DNA of 43,975 nt. Origin: Candidatus Nomurabacteria bacterium (GTDB taxonomy: Bacteria > Patescibacteriota > Minisyncoccia > Phycocordibacterales > UBA9973). The notes beneath the pieces were generated by a model. That model was not told the DNA's origin, did no database searches, and saw only the letters and a program-made list of their open reading frames with translations. The position numbers were made by a program, and so were the translations under genes. Below are positions 28,851-38,150 of the stretch, piece by piece. Numbering within the stretch: position 1 is the stretch's first letter; each line of letters starts with the position of its first letter. Location of the stretch: positions 1 to 43,975 of the forward strand of contig CALRGH010000003.1 in the NCBI GenBank assembly GCA_943357245.1, given 5' to 3'.

Positions 28851-30776
28851 ATGGAAGCATTTGATGAAGCGTACAAAGAGTTAAACAAAGCCCAAAAAGA
28901 AGCGGTGGATACCATTGAAGGACCAGTCATGGTTATTGCGGGTCCGGGAACAGGGAAGACGCAAATCCTCACGCTTCGTATTGCAAATATTCTTGCGAAG
29001 ACCGACACCGAACCAGAAAATATTTTGGCGCTGACGTTTACCGAAGCCGCGACCCACAACATGCGCCGTCGGTTGGCAGAGCTTATCGGCAATAGCGCCT
29101 ATCGCGTTGTTATAAATACCTTCCATGGATTTTGTAATGATATCATTCGCCGATTTCCAGAAGATTTTCCACGCATCATTGGTTCAAAAAGTATTACTGA
29201 AGTGGATCAAGTTGCAATTATCGAAACCGTCATAGAAGAAGGTGATTTTGTATTACTTAAACCATTCGGTGATAAATTTTTATATGTCCGCGATATTGTC
29301 GGCTCTATTAGTGAGCTCAAACGAGAAGGTGTCACGCCAGAAGATTTTGCAGAGCGTATAAAAGCTGAGCAAAAAGAATTTGCACATATTCCGGATCTTT
29401 ATCACGACAAAGGTGCGCACAAAGGCAAGATGAAAGGCGATTATCAAAAGCTTGAACGAAAATTATTAAAAAATGAAGAACTTGCGCGGGTGTACCAGCT
29501 CTACCAAGATGCGCTTACCGAGAAAAAACAATACGACTTTAATGATATGATTTTGGAAGTCAAAAAGGCATTAGAGCAAAATAAAAGTCTTCTGCAAATA
29601 CTCCAAGAAGAACATCAATATGTGCTTGTCGACGAACATCAAGATACCAACAATGCGCAGAACAAGATTGTAGAGCTTCTGATGAGCTATCACTCCTCAC
29701 CAAACCTATTTGTCGTGGGAGATGAAAAGCAGGCAATCTTCAGGTTCCAAGGTGCGTCACTTGAAAACTTTCAGTATTTTAAACACAGCTATCCGAAGGT
29801 GAAATTAATCACGCTTACGGAAAACTACCGCTCCACCCAAACAGTGCTTGATACGGCGGAGCGGCTCCTTGCTTCGCAATCACCGCTCCGCAAAAATGCT
29901 CCTCATACTGAATTACCTATTCGCATCGCTGAATTTGCGACTGATGCAAGCGAACGATATTTTATTGCGCATGATATACAAGAGAAAATCAATCCGCCAA
30001 ATCCGCCAGCTGGCGGAGGCGGAGGTGTGGCTCCAGAAGATATTGCGATTTTATATAGAAACAACAAAGATGCATTTCCAATTGCGCGAGATCTAGCACG
30101 GCTTGGCATCCCGCACACTATCGAATCTGATCAAGAGTTGTTTACTCAGAGCGATGTGCGCACCCTTTTAATAATACTTGACGCTGTCGCAAATTATGGA
30201 AAAGAAGAAAAGATTACTGCACTTCTTCACTTGCCACTATTTGCTATTGACCCACTTGATACGTACAAAACACTCCGTAAGGCCGCAGATTTGCGAAAAA
30301 ATAATCTTTACGATTTACTTGATACAAGCGAAGTAAAAGATATTGCAGAACTGGGTATCAAATTGAAAAATTGGGTAAAAGAAAGTAAAAAAATAGATCT
30401 GTTGAATTTCTTCGAACACATTATTCGCGATTCAGGATTATTGGAAGATATGCTTGGCTCCGGAAATGCCGGCGAGCGATTTGATGCGGTAAATGCGCTC
30501 TTTGATGAAGTGAAGCAATTAGTTGAAATAAAAAATGACGCAACACTCGCTGACTTCTTTGTCTATATTGAAACAATTAAAAAACACAAACTATTCTTAA
30601 AACGAAAAGCGCAGGGCAATGCAAAAGGCAAAGTCCGTCTCATGACTGCACATCGCTCCAAAGGTCTTGAATTCGCACACGTCTATATCATCCGTGCCCA
30701 AGATGGCATTTGGGGAGGGAAGATAGATAGGGATCGATTGCCGTTGATTGAAAGTGTGTATAAATTGGTAAAATAA
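28851..30776 (+). CDS. UvrD/PcrA-like ATP-dependent helicase, N-terminal part (motifs Q and I-V)
   Basis: LNKAQ, AGPGTGKT, LTFT, LVDEHQD, VGDEKQAIFRFQG, ENYRS, MTAHRSKGLEF; stops before motif VI. Confidence 0.9.
   Translation: MEAFDEAYKELNKAQKEAVDTIEGPVMVIAGPGTGKTQILTLRIANILAKTDTEPENILALTFTEAATHNMRRRLAELIGNSAYRVVINTFHGFCNDIIRRFPEDFPRIIGSKSITEVDQVAIIETVIEEGDFVLLKPFGDKFLYVRDIVGSISELKREGVTPEDFAERIKAEQKEFAHIPDLYHDKGAHKGKMKGDYQKLERKLLKNEELARVYQLYQDALTEKKQYDFNDMILEVKKALEQNKSLLQILQEEHQYVLVDEHQDTNNAQNKIVELLMSYHSSPNLFVVGDEKQAIFRFQGASLENFQYFKHSYPKVKLITLTENYRSTQTVLDTAERLLASQSPLRKNAPHTELPIRIAEFATDASERYFIAHDIQEKINPPNPPAGGGGGVAPEDIAILYRNNKDAFPIARDLARLGIPHTIESDQELFTQSDVRTLLIILDAVANYGKEEKITALLHLPLFAIDPLDTYKTLRKAADLRKNNLYDLLDTSEVKDIAELGIKLKNWVKESKKIDLLNFFEHIIRDSGLLEDMLGSGNAGERFDAVNALFDEVKQLVEIKNDATLADFFVYIETIKKHKLFLKRKAQGNAKGKVRLMTAHRSKGLEFAHVYIIRAQDGIWGGKIDRDRLPLIESVYKLVK
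29993..30023. repeat. Nested in-frame palindromic insertion
   Basis: TCCGCC-AAA-[TCCGCCAGCTGGCGGA]-GGCGGA, read as NPPNPPAGGGG. Confidence 0.75.
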
Positions 30777-30804
30777 AAAACCAGCTTGTATTGCTGGTTT
30801 TTTT
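30775..30804. terminator. Bidirectional intrinsic terminator
   Basis: AAAAAACCAGC-N7-GCTGGTTTTTT. Confidence 0.75.
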
Positions 30805-30822
30805 AACTAATTCAAATTTTGG

Positions 30823-31332
30823 TTATTTTTTTATTACCGCAAAGATCCAGTCATTGTGAAATCCATTTTTAGGGTTCATTGTATTTCCTGCTGAACATAC
30901 AATTCTAAGATTGTCTTCGCCGTGATAATGAATACCATGGGGTGTAAGCCATACCTGTTTACCTTTAGAATTTATTAGTAGATTTTTTTCATCTAAAAAA
31001 GCAGTGTCAAAATAAAATCTAACAGTTTCTCGCGGATATTGTGTGAGAAAACCTAATAAATAAGGTGCTGGTGCAGGTTTAAAGCCTCTTCTATTTATTT
31101 CTATCAAGATTTCTCCCAGCAAAAAAGAATCGTAGCCAGGTTTCTTCATTGAAATAAAAGTAACTAATTCAGGTTTTGTTTCAGGACTTTGAAACTCTAA
31201 TTGAGAGCGCAAAACATTATTGTTTAATCCCCATTTTAGATTAAATTTTTCTAAGTTATCTTTAATATTATTTTCAGGGGTAATCAGAAAACTAGGTTCT
31301 GACTCCCTTAATTTTTCAGTTTCCTTTTCCAT
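30823..31332 (-). CDS. Hypothetical protein inserted between the helicase halves
   Basis: AT-rich 169 aa ORF with its own TTGACA-N17-TACTAT promoter (31390-31362). Confidence 0.7.
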   Translation of the reverse strand: MEKETEKLRESEPSFLITPENNIKDNLEKFNLKWGLNNNVLRSQLEFQSPETKPELVTFISMKKPGYDSFLLGEILIEINRRGFKPAPAPYLLGFLTQYPRETVRFYFDTAFLDEKNLLINSKGKQVWLTPHGIHYHGEDNLRIVCSAGNTMNPKNGFHNDWIFAVIKK

Positions 31333-31427
31333 TTTTTGTTGTTTTAATGAGCTTTGATAATATAGTATCATATTTATGTATAAATGTCAACTAAACCAAA
31401 CATCAATAAAATTGATAGAATAGAGAG

Positions 31428-32558
31428 GTGAAAAAAGAGAGTAAAAAAATAGAAAAGGAAAAGGCGACCCTAAATCCTGTGAGCCCACAGGATCGGGGAA
31501 CCGACGATGAACGACGATTATTTTACGTCGCGCTCACTCGGGCAAAAGAATCGGTGACGATTACCTATGCGCGCGAAGATGCGGAACGACGAGAGACACT
31601 GCCGTCGGCATTTATCGATGAAATTAAATCTGAGCTAGTAGAGCAAGTAGCGACGGAGGAATGGGAGGAGAAATTTAAGGACGATAGAGGGTTTCAGTTT
31701 CAATCTACCTCACCCCAGCCCTCTCCTTATCAAGGAGAGGGGGACGGACAAGACAACAAAGCATTCGTTCAAGAACTATTCGATAAGCAAGGGCTTTCAC
31801 CAACGGCGCTTAATAATTATTTGGAATGTCCATGGAAATATTTTTATCAAAATCTTATTCGTATTCCGTCTGCGCCGACCATCCATCAAGCGTATGGTAT
31901 TGCCGTGCACGCTGCACTCCAAGATCTTTTCTCAATATTAAAGAAGGAAGATAAAGGTAAGTCATTCTTGCTCGACAGTTTTGAAGGACATCTGAATCGC
32001 CAATTCGTATCAGAACGAGATAGAGTGTCACTCCTCGAAAAAGGAAAAAAGTCTCTCGGCGGCTGGTATGACACGTATAGTGAGTCATGGAATATCAATG
32101 TGAACACAGAATTTAGAATTAACGGCATTATGCTTGGTACTGTCCGCCTTACGGGAGTGCTTGATAAAGTAGAATTTATCGAAGACAATATTGTAAACGT
32201 GGTGGATTATAAAACAGGAAAACCAAAGACACGCAATGACGTGATGGGAAATACCAAATCTTCAAACGGTAATTATTATCGTCAGCTCGTGTTTTATAAG
32301 TTACTACTCACACATTTCAATGATGGTGCCTACAGTATGCAATCCGGCACGATTGATTTTATAGAGCCGGATGACAAAGAAAATTATCATAAAGAAACAT
32401 TTGAAATTTCAGATGAAGAAGTTCGTGAGCTTACGACCACAATCCAGAGAGTTGCCGACGAAATTACAACACTCGCATTTTGGGATACAACCTGCGAGAA
32501 TAGTCCGCCAGCTGGCGGATGTGAGTTTTGTAATTTGCGGTCTTTGATGAAAAAATAA
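31428..32558 (+). CDS. Helicase C-terminal part (motif VI) fused to a PD-(D/E)XK nuclease (AddA/AdnB-like)
   Basis: ERRLFYVALTRAKE, LSPTALNNYLECP, G.LDKVE..VVDYKTG, QLVFY, C-terminal C..CEFC. Confidence 0.88.
   Translation: MKKESKKIEKEKATLNPVSPQDRGTDDERRLFYVALTRAKESVTITYAREDAERRETLPSAFIDEIKSELVEQVATEEWEEKFKDDRGFQFQSTSPQPSPYQGEGDGQDNKAFVQELFDKQGLSPTALNNYLECPWKYFYQNLIRIPSAPTIHQAYGIAVHAALQDLFSILKKEDKGKSFLLDSFEGHLNRQFVSERDRVSLLEKGKKSLGGWYDTYSESWNINVNTEFRINGIMLGTVRLTGVLDKVEFIEDNIVNVVDYKTGKPKTRNDVMGNTKSSNGNYYRQLVFYKLLLTHFNDGAYSMQSGTIDFIEPDDKENYHKETFEISDEEVRELTTTIQRVADEITTLAFWDTTCENSPPAGGCEFCNLRSLMKK
31707..31743. repeat. In-frame REP-like palindrome
   Basis: ACCTCACCCCAG-CCCTCTCCTT-ATC-AAGGAGAGGG, read as TSPQPSPYQGEG. 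Confidence 0.7.
32504..32519. repeat. In-frame 16 bp perfect palindrome (second copy)
   Basis: TCCGCCAGCTGGCGGA, identical to 30002-30017, read as SPPAGG. Confidence 0.8.
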
Positions 32559-32575
32559 TTAATTTCTTTGCTATA

Positions 32576-32612
32576 CCCCCACACCAACTTTTAAAAAAGT
32601 CTGGTGTGGGGG
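32576..32612. mobile_element. Non-autonomous 37 bp palindromic element sharing ends with the GIY-YIG mini-element
   Basis: CCCCCACACCA..TGGTGTGGGGG flanked by TATA on both sides. Confidence 0.65.
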
Positions 32613-32626
32613 TATACTATATCTGT

Positions 32627-33799
32627 ATGAATCTTTTTGGTATTTCTTCTAAAAACCACACCGAACTCATCATCGATATCGGCTCTTCGAGTGTCGGTGT
32701 TGGATTTGTCCAATATGCACAAGATGCGCTTCCTCGTATTCTTTTTATCACCCGTAAAGAAGTGCTTTTTGATGAGTCTGTAGACGCAACACATATTTTA
32801 GAAAAAACGGCGAACTTACTCGATATTGCACTCCGCGAGGCAACTACCGGTGCGCATTTTACTCATCCTGACCGCATCACCATTTCACTTGCTGCGCCAT
32901 GGTACGCAAGTCAAGTGCGCAGTGTTCGGTATACCGATGATGGAAAAAAATTTAGAGTGACGAAATCTCTTGCTGAAGGACTCATTCAAACAGAATATAA
33001 AGCATTTCTCAAAGACCTGCAGGCGTCGCCTTTTTTTGATGCACTTAATGCTGAAATAATTACGAACAGTGTTGTGGATTCAAAAATAAATGGGTATAGC
33101 ATCAAAGATCCACTGGGTTCACAAGGCACCTCATGTGCATTTGATGTATATTTTGCAGTAGCTTCACGTGACGCGAATAAACGATTCCACGCGCTTGTGC
33201 AGGAATATTTTCCTCGTGCACGACATATTCGGTTTACTGCATTTGGATTTGCATCATGGCTGGCCTTTCGAACTATATTTCCGCACACCGATGAATATCT
33301 TTTTTTGGATATAGGTGGAGAAATTACTGATGCAATGGTAGTGCGGGACATGGTTCCTCGGAGTGGTGGTTCATTCCCATACGGTAAACACACCATGCTC
33401 CGCGCATTCGCTACGGCAACAGGCTCGGAAGGTGAGCACACACTTTCGTTATGTAATTTGTATCAAACGCACATGCTTGGTGAAAAAGAACGTACCACTA
33501 TCGATGCAGTGCTCCAAACCACTCGCAAAGAATGGCATACCAAACTCGAGACTGCTATTGAGACAATAGAAACAGGGTTGTTGCCGTACAAAGTATTTGT
33601 CACCATCGATGCAGACTGTGCGCCGTGGTTTTTGGAAATGTTACGCAATCAAGCACTTCGACAGTTTGTTGATACGTCGCAACAGTTTGACGTCACCTTA
33701 ATTGATGCAAATGTCGTGCAATCATATGTTACAATAGAAGCACAAGCATCTCCTGACTCGTTTATTATATTGCTCGCCATTGCAAATAACACTCTATAA
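32627..33799 (+). CDS. FtsA/PilM-like actin-fold protein (divergent)
   Basis: IIDIGSSSV and FLDIGGEITD phosphate-loop motifs, SFPYG. Confidence 0.7.
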   Translation: MNLFGISSKNHTELIIDIGSSSVGVGFVQYAQDALPRILFITRKEVLFDESVDATHILEKTANLLDIALREATTGAHFTHPDRITISLAAPWYASQVRSVRYTDDGKKFRVTKSLAEGLIQTEYKAFLKDLQASPFFDALNAEIITNSVVDSKINGYSIKDPLGSQGTSCAFDVYFAVASRDANKRFHALVQEYFPRARHIRFTAFGFASWLAFRTIFPHTDEYLFLDIGGEITDAMVVRDMVPRSGGSFPYGKHTMLRAFATATGSEGEHTLSLCNLYQTHMLGEKERTTIDAVLQTTRKEWHTKLETAIETIETGLLPYKVFVTIDADCAPWFLEMLRNQALRQFVDTSQQFDVTLIDANVVQSYVTIEAQASPDSFIILLAIANNTL

Positions 33800-33804
33800 A
33801 TATT

Positions 33805-35199
33805 ATGCCAAAAAAAATAGAAGATATTATTTCATCATCAAAAAAGCGCACACCCTCAAAATATTTTAGTGAGCTTGCTCGTGCTACGAATAAACATCTT
33901 GAAAAGGAAATTGAACACGCACATCCTCATAGAAGTGTAACCAAAGAACACACTCATGCATTTATCAAAGAAGATGAATTTGGAAATGTAGAAGAAGAAG
34001 TCATTACCCGAAAAGTAACTCGTGAAGCAGTTGATGCAAGTCGCACGGCACCACGAAGTGGTAAGTCTCTCGTCTTTATGGTTACTGGTGCACTCGTTGC
34101 GCTGGTCCTTGGTATCTCGCTCTTTATTTCAGGAGCTACGATTACTATTGTCCCTCGTAGTGCCACGCTTCAACTGGACGATACATTTACTGCGGTTAAG
34201 GATGGAGTAGGAGAAGTCTTGCCGTATGAGATAGTGGCTATTTCTAAAGAAGAAAATGGGACACTTGTATCTAGTGGCTCAACAAATGTTGCAACGAAGG
34301 CAACGGGTAAAGTAATTTTGTACAATGCATTTAGTGCAACTGCTCAAAAGCTACTTATCAATACTCGTTTGACTGCGACAAATGGCAAAATCTATATGAC
34401 GGATACTGCAGTGGCTATTCCAGGGTATAAAAAAGTAGGCACCAAAATTACGCCAGGGGCTGTAGAAATTGCGGTCACTGCACAAGATGCCGGGTCAGGT
34501 GGAAATACAGGATTGACTGATTTTACGATTACTGGATTTAAAGGAACACCAAAAGCAAAAGGATTTTACGGTCGCGGGAAGACAGAAATGACAGGAGGTG
34601 CAGAAGGAGAGCGATTTACCGCGACGACAGAGGAGCTTGCAACTGCACAAAAAGCACTTGGAGCAACGCTGCAGACAACTATTATTGAAAGTCTTACTCA
34701 TGAAATTCCGGAAGGGTACGTACTCTTTCCAAATTCTGTAGTTATTACAGAAGATCCAACTGCCACTTCAATAAATAGCGTGACGAAAGATATTCCTATT
34801 AAAGTAAAAGCAACTGCGTACGCATATATTTTTAATCGAGAAAAGTTGACTGAAAAGATCGCAAAAACACTGCTTCCTGATTATGATAAAGAAGACGTGC
34901 TTCGTATTAGTAATATTGATCAAATTATCTTTACTGGAATTGCTCCTGTGCCAAAGACACCAACGGATACAACTCCGCTTACATTCAAATTATCTGGCAC
35001 CGCAAAATTTATTTGGGATATTGATGTGGAAGCACTTAAAACTGCTGTGGTTAATACAAAAAAGAGCGCCGTGCTTAGTTATTTGACTGAAAATAGAGGC
35101 GTGCTTCGTGCTGATGTTGTAGTCCGACCGTTTTGGCAAAACAAACTACCAAAAACAACAACGCACATTGAGGTGATTATTAAAAACCCCTTTGAATGA
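33805..35199 (+). CDS. Membrane-anchored protein with baseplate J/gp47-like domain
   Basis: TM helix, KATGKVILYN..TRL, V.V.A...G..GN, TGG motifs and C-terminal PFW...LP. Confidence 0.65.
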   Translation: MPKKIEDIISSSKKRTPSKYFSELARATNKHLEKEIEHAHPHRSVTKEHTHAFIKEDEFGNVEEEVITRKVTREAVDASRTAPRSGKSLVFMVTGALVALVLGISLFISGATITIVPRSATLQLDDTFTAVKDGVGEVLPYEIVAISKEENGTLVSSGSTNVATKATGKVILYNAFSATAQKLLINTRLTATNGKIYMTDTAVAIPGYKKVGTKITPGAVEIAVTAQDAGSGGNTGLTDFTITGFKGTPKAKGFYGRGKTEMTGGAEGERFTATTEELATAQKALGATLQTTIIESLTHEIPEGYVLFPNSVVITEDPTATSINSVTKDIPIKVKATAYAYIFNREKLTEKIAKTLLPDYDKEDVLRISNIDQIIFTGIAPVPKTPTDTTPLTFKLSGTAKFIWDIDVEALKTAVVNTKKSAVLSYLTENRGVLRADVVVRPFWQNKLPKTTTHIEVIIKNPFE

Positions 35200-35245
35200 T
35201 GTTGACTCGTCCATTATTTTTTGATAGTATATATTTCGTTCACCG

Positions 35246-35461
35246 ATGAGCGATAAAAGTATTCCAACCGTACGCGGTATTGTCATAGAAGCCCTTCCAA
35301 GCACGCTCTTTCGAGTGCAGCTTGATTCGACTTCGGAGGTACAGCTTGCATACTTGGCGGGGAAGATGCGCATGCATCGGATTAAGATTTTGGTAGGCGA
35401 TAAAGTAGAAGTACTCCTTGACCCCTACGGCGGTAAAGGACGTATTGTCAAAAGATTATAA
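35246..35461 (+). CDS. infA: Translation initiation factor IF-1
   Basis: G.VIEALP..FRV.L..LAYLAGKMR..I.IL.GDKV. Confidence 0.96.
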   Translation: MSDKSIPTVRGIVIEALPSTLFRVQLDSTSEVQLAYLAGKMRMHRIKILVGDKVEVLLDPYGGKGRIVKRL

Positions 35462-35533
35462 GTACGCTATACTAGGGTTCCCGATTTGCCCGAGTGGTAA
35501 TACGCGGTCTAGCCCTCTTTTTTATTTTATATA

Positions 35534-35644
35534 ATGAAAGTACGATCTCGAGTCAAAAAAATGTGTGCTAAATGTAAAATCGTCTCTCGAGGCGGTCATT
35601 TGCGTGTTATTTGCGACAACCCTAAACATAAACAAAAACAATAA
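35534..35644 (+). CDS. rpmJ: 50S ribosomal protein L36 (Zn-binding type), not in the ORF track
   Basis: [36 protein letters not shown]. Confidence 0.95.
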   Translation: MKVRSRVKKMCAKCKIVSRGGHLRVICDNPKHKQKQ

Positions 35645-35650
35645 AATCCC

Positions 35651-36031
35651 ATGCGTATCCTCGGTATTACTCTCCCAAATGAAAAAAGAATGGAAATTGG
35701 CCTTACTGTCCTTTATGGTATTGGTATTCCTCGTGCTCGCGCTATTTTGAAACAAGCAAAAGTGCCTGTTGCAACGAAAGGTAAAGACCTTACAACTGAT
35801 CAAGAAAACGAGATTCGTAAAATTGTTGAATCACTCAAAATTGAAGGAAACTTGAAGCGTGAAGTATCTGCAAATGTGAAGCGTTTGAAAGATATCAAAG
35901 CATATCGAGGTGTTCGTCATATGCGCCGATTACCTGTTCGTGGCCAACGCACAAAGACAAATTCTCGCACTGTCAGAGGTAATGTTCGTAAGACTATGGG
36001 ATCTGGACGACGTAAAGAATCAAAAACATAA
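35651..36031 (+). CDS. rpsM: 30S ribosomal protein S13
   Basis: YGIG, YRGVRH..LPVRGQRTKTNSRT. Confidence 0.97.
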   Translation: MRILGITLPNEKRMEIGLTVLYGIGIPRARAILKQAKVPVATKGKDLTTDQENEIRKIVESLKIEGNLKREVSANVKRLKDIKAYRGVRHMRRLPVRGQRTKTNSRTVRGNVRKTMGSGRRKESKT

Positions 36032-36039
36032 TTAATACC

Positions 36040-36486
36040 ATGGCCAAGAAAACAACCGCAAAAACAGAAGAAGTAGTAGTCGAAGAAGGAGTTCCAAAAA
36101 CTCCGGAAGTTACCGTTGCAACAAAGACACCAAAGAAGAAAATCACCCAAGCAGTACTTCACATTCAAGCAACATTTAATAACACCAAGGTTGTCCTTAC
36201 TGATAAAGGAGGTAATAGTATTGCATGGAGTTCATCAGGTGCACTTGGTTTTAAAGGTGCAAAAAAGGGAACACCGTTTGCTGCAGCAAAAGTGGGCGAT
36301 ATTCTCGCAGAAAAAGCGGAAGCAATGGGCATTAAAGAAATCGAAGTAATAATCCGTGGTGTTGGTTCAGGTCGTGAATCAGCTATCAGATCATTTATTG
36401 CTCGAGGATTTGATGTAAGTAATATCAAGGACATGACCCCTGTCCCATTTAATGGACCAAAGGCTAAAAAGCCTAGACGAGTATAA
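36040..36486 (+). CDS. rpsK: 30S ribosomal protein S11
   Basis: TFNNT, GFKGAKKGTPFAA, G.GRESAIR, TPVPFNG. Confidence 0.97.
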   Translation: MAKKTTAKTEEVVVEEGVPKTPEVTVATKTPKKKITQAVLHIQATFNNTKVVLTDKGGNSIAWSSSGALGFKGAKKGTPFAAAKVGDILAEKAEAMGIKEIEVIIRGVGSGRESAIRSFIARGFDVSNIKDMTPVPFNGPKAKKPRRV

Positions 36487-36491
36487 TTTTT

Positions 36492-37097
36492 ATGAAAACA
36501 GGTAAACAATACAAAATCTGCCGACGTCTCGGTAGTCCAATATATGAGAAATGCCAAACGGCTAAATTTGCGCAATCAGTAGCGCGCAAAGGTGGTCGTT
36601 CTGACAAAAAGCCAAAGCAGCAAAGTGATTTCGGCTTGCAACTTATCGAAAAACAAAAGGTTCGTTTTTCATATGGTGTCTCAGAAAAACAATTTTCAAA
36701 CTATGTAGAAAAAGCAGTGGAGACAAAAGGAGTTCCTCCAACAGAAAAACTTTTTGAACTTTTGGAACGACGACTCGACAACGTTGTCTACCGATTAGGT
36801 CTCGCATCAACACGCGCACTCGCTCGTCAGTTGGTCTCCCATGGTCACATTACCGCTAATGGACGCAAAGTTACGATTCCTTCATACCAAGTAGTGCACG
36901 GCGATATGATTTCAGTTCGTGATGGTAGTCGTAAAAGTGCACTCTTTACTGATATGGCAAAGAAATACACGACATACACATGGCCAAACTGGCTCACCTT
37001 CGATACAGAAAAGCTTACTGGCACCATTGCAGGCTCACCGAAAAATGCCGACAGTGCGCTCAATTTTAACGCCGTGCTCGAATATTACACTCGTTAA
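36492..37097 (+). CDS. rpsD: 30S ribosomal protein S4
   Basis: QLIEKQKVR..YG, LERRLDNVVYRLG, ARQLVSHGH. Confidence 0.97.
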   Translation: MKTGKQYKICRRLGSPIYEKCQTAKFAQSVARKGGRSDKKPKQQSDFGLQLIEKQKVRFSYGVSEKQFSNYVEKAVETKGVPPTEKLFELLERRLDNVVYRLGLASTRALARQLVSHGHITANGRKVTIPSYQVVHGDMISVRDGSRKSALFTDMAKKYTTYTWPNWLTFDTEKLTGTIAGSPKNADSALNFNAVLEYYTR

Positions 37098-37147
37098 AAC
37101 CCTTTTATTTAGTATCCATTTAGTAATTAATAAGTAACATCAAATTT

Positions 37148-38140
37148 ATGGTAGATCCACAAATTATACTTCCCACAAAACCACGTGTCGTTACCGAAGA
37201 TGGCGCCAAGGGAGTCTATGAGATCGATAACCTATATCCGGGGTATGGACATACGCTCGGCAACAGTCTCCGCCGTATCATCCTCTCCTCACTTCCAGGA
37301 GCGGCTATTACGACTATCAAAATTGATGGCGTCGCCCATGAATTTTCAACAATGGCAGGCGTAAAAGAAGATGTTATTGCTATTATACTCAACCTCAAAA
37401 AAGTGCGATTTAAGATTGCTTCTGAGGGTTCTTTCACAGTGTCGCTTAAAGTAAAAGGTCCTAAAGTATTGACTGCAAAAGATATTGATGTACCAGGACA
37501 AGTAGAAGTCATGAATGAAGAGCAATACATTGCAGAAATCACTGAAAAAGGAAAGTCTCTTGATATCGAACTTACGGTTGAATCAGGTCTTGGGTATGTG
37601 TCAAAAGAAGTCCTCCAAAAAAATAAAATGGAAGTTGGCACCATTGCTGTTGATGCTATTTTTTCACCAATCCGCCGTGTTGCCTACGAAGTAGAAAACA
37701 TGCGCGTTGGCGATAAAACAAACCACAATCGTCTCCGCATTACTATCGAAACAGATGGTAGTTTGACTCCTCGCGAAGCGCTTGATCGTTCTGTTATGAT
37801 CATGATCGAACAACTCCACGCAATGCTCGGTTCTCACATGAATCTTGAAAAAGAAGCTGCAGTTGCAGAAGTTACAGAAGAAGCACCAAAAACAAAGAAG
37901 GCAAAAGAAGAAGTATCTAGTGAAGGAAAAGAAGACATGACAGATGTCTTGAAAACTCGCATCGATACAATGCCACTTCCTGCACGCATTTTGGCATCTC
38001 TCCAAAACGCAAATATCCGAACCATCGGCGGTCTTGCTCGCAAGAAGAAAGAAGACCTGCTTGAAATCGAAGGTATGGGCGAAAAGGGAATTTTAGAAAT
38101 TAAAAAGGCACTCGAAACATTCGGCCTTTCCCTTAAATAA
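37148..38140 (+). CDS. rpoA: RNA polymerase alpha subunit
   Basis: GYGHTLGNSLRRI.LSS, HEFST..GVKED, DAIFSPI, alpha-CTD. Confidence 0.97.
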   Translation: MVDPQIILPTKPRVVTEDGAKGVYEIDNLYPGYGHTLGNSLRRIILSSLPGAAITTIKIDGVAHEFSTMAGVKEDVIAIILNLKKVRFKIASEGSFTVSLKVKGPKVLTAKDIDVPGQVEVMNEEQYIAEITEKGKSLDIELTVESGLGYVSKEVLQKNKMEVGTIAVDAIFSPIRRVAYEVENMRVGDKTNHNRLRITIETDGSLTPREALDRSVMIMIEQLHAMLGSHMNLEKEAAVAEVTEEAPKTKKAKEEVSSEGKEDMTDVLKTRIDTMPLPARILASLQNANIRTIGGLARKKKEDLLEIEGMGEKGILEIKKALETFGLSLK

Positions 38141-38150
38141 TTCTGTATTC

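Noticed and set aside
30777-31427. Self-splicing intron or intein in the helicase
   Set aside because: The insert holds a terminator, divergent promoters and an antisense ORF; no group I/II or intein motifs were recognisable
33805-35199. Prophage or contractile injection system
   Set aside because: No other phage structural genes; the protein is membrane-anchored in a core-gene context
35565-35750. 61 aa ORF from the ORF track
   Set aside because: Off-frame shadow of rpmJ and rpsM
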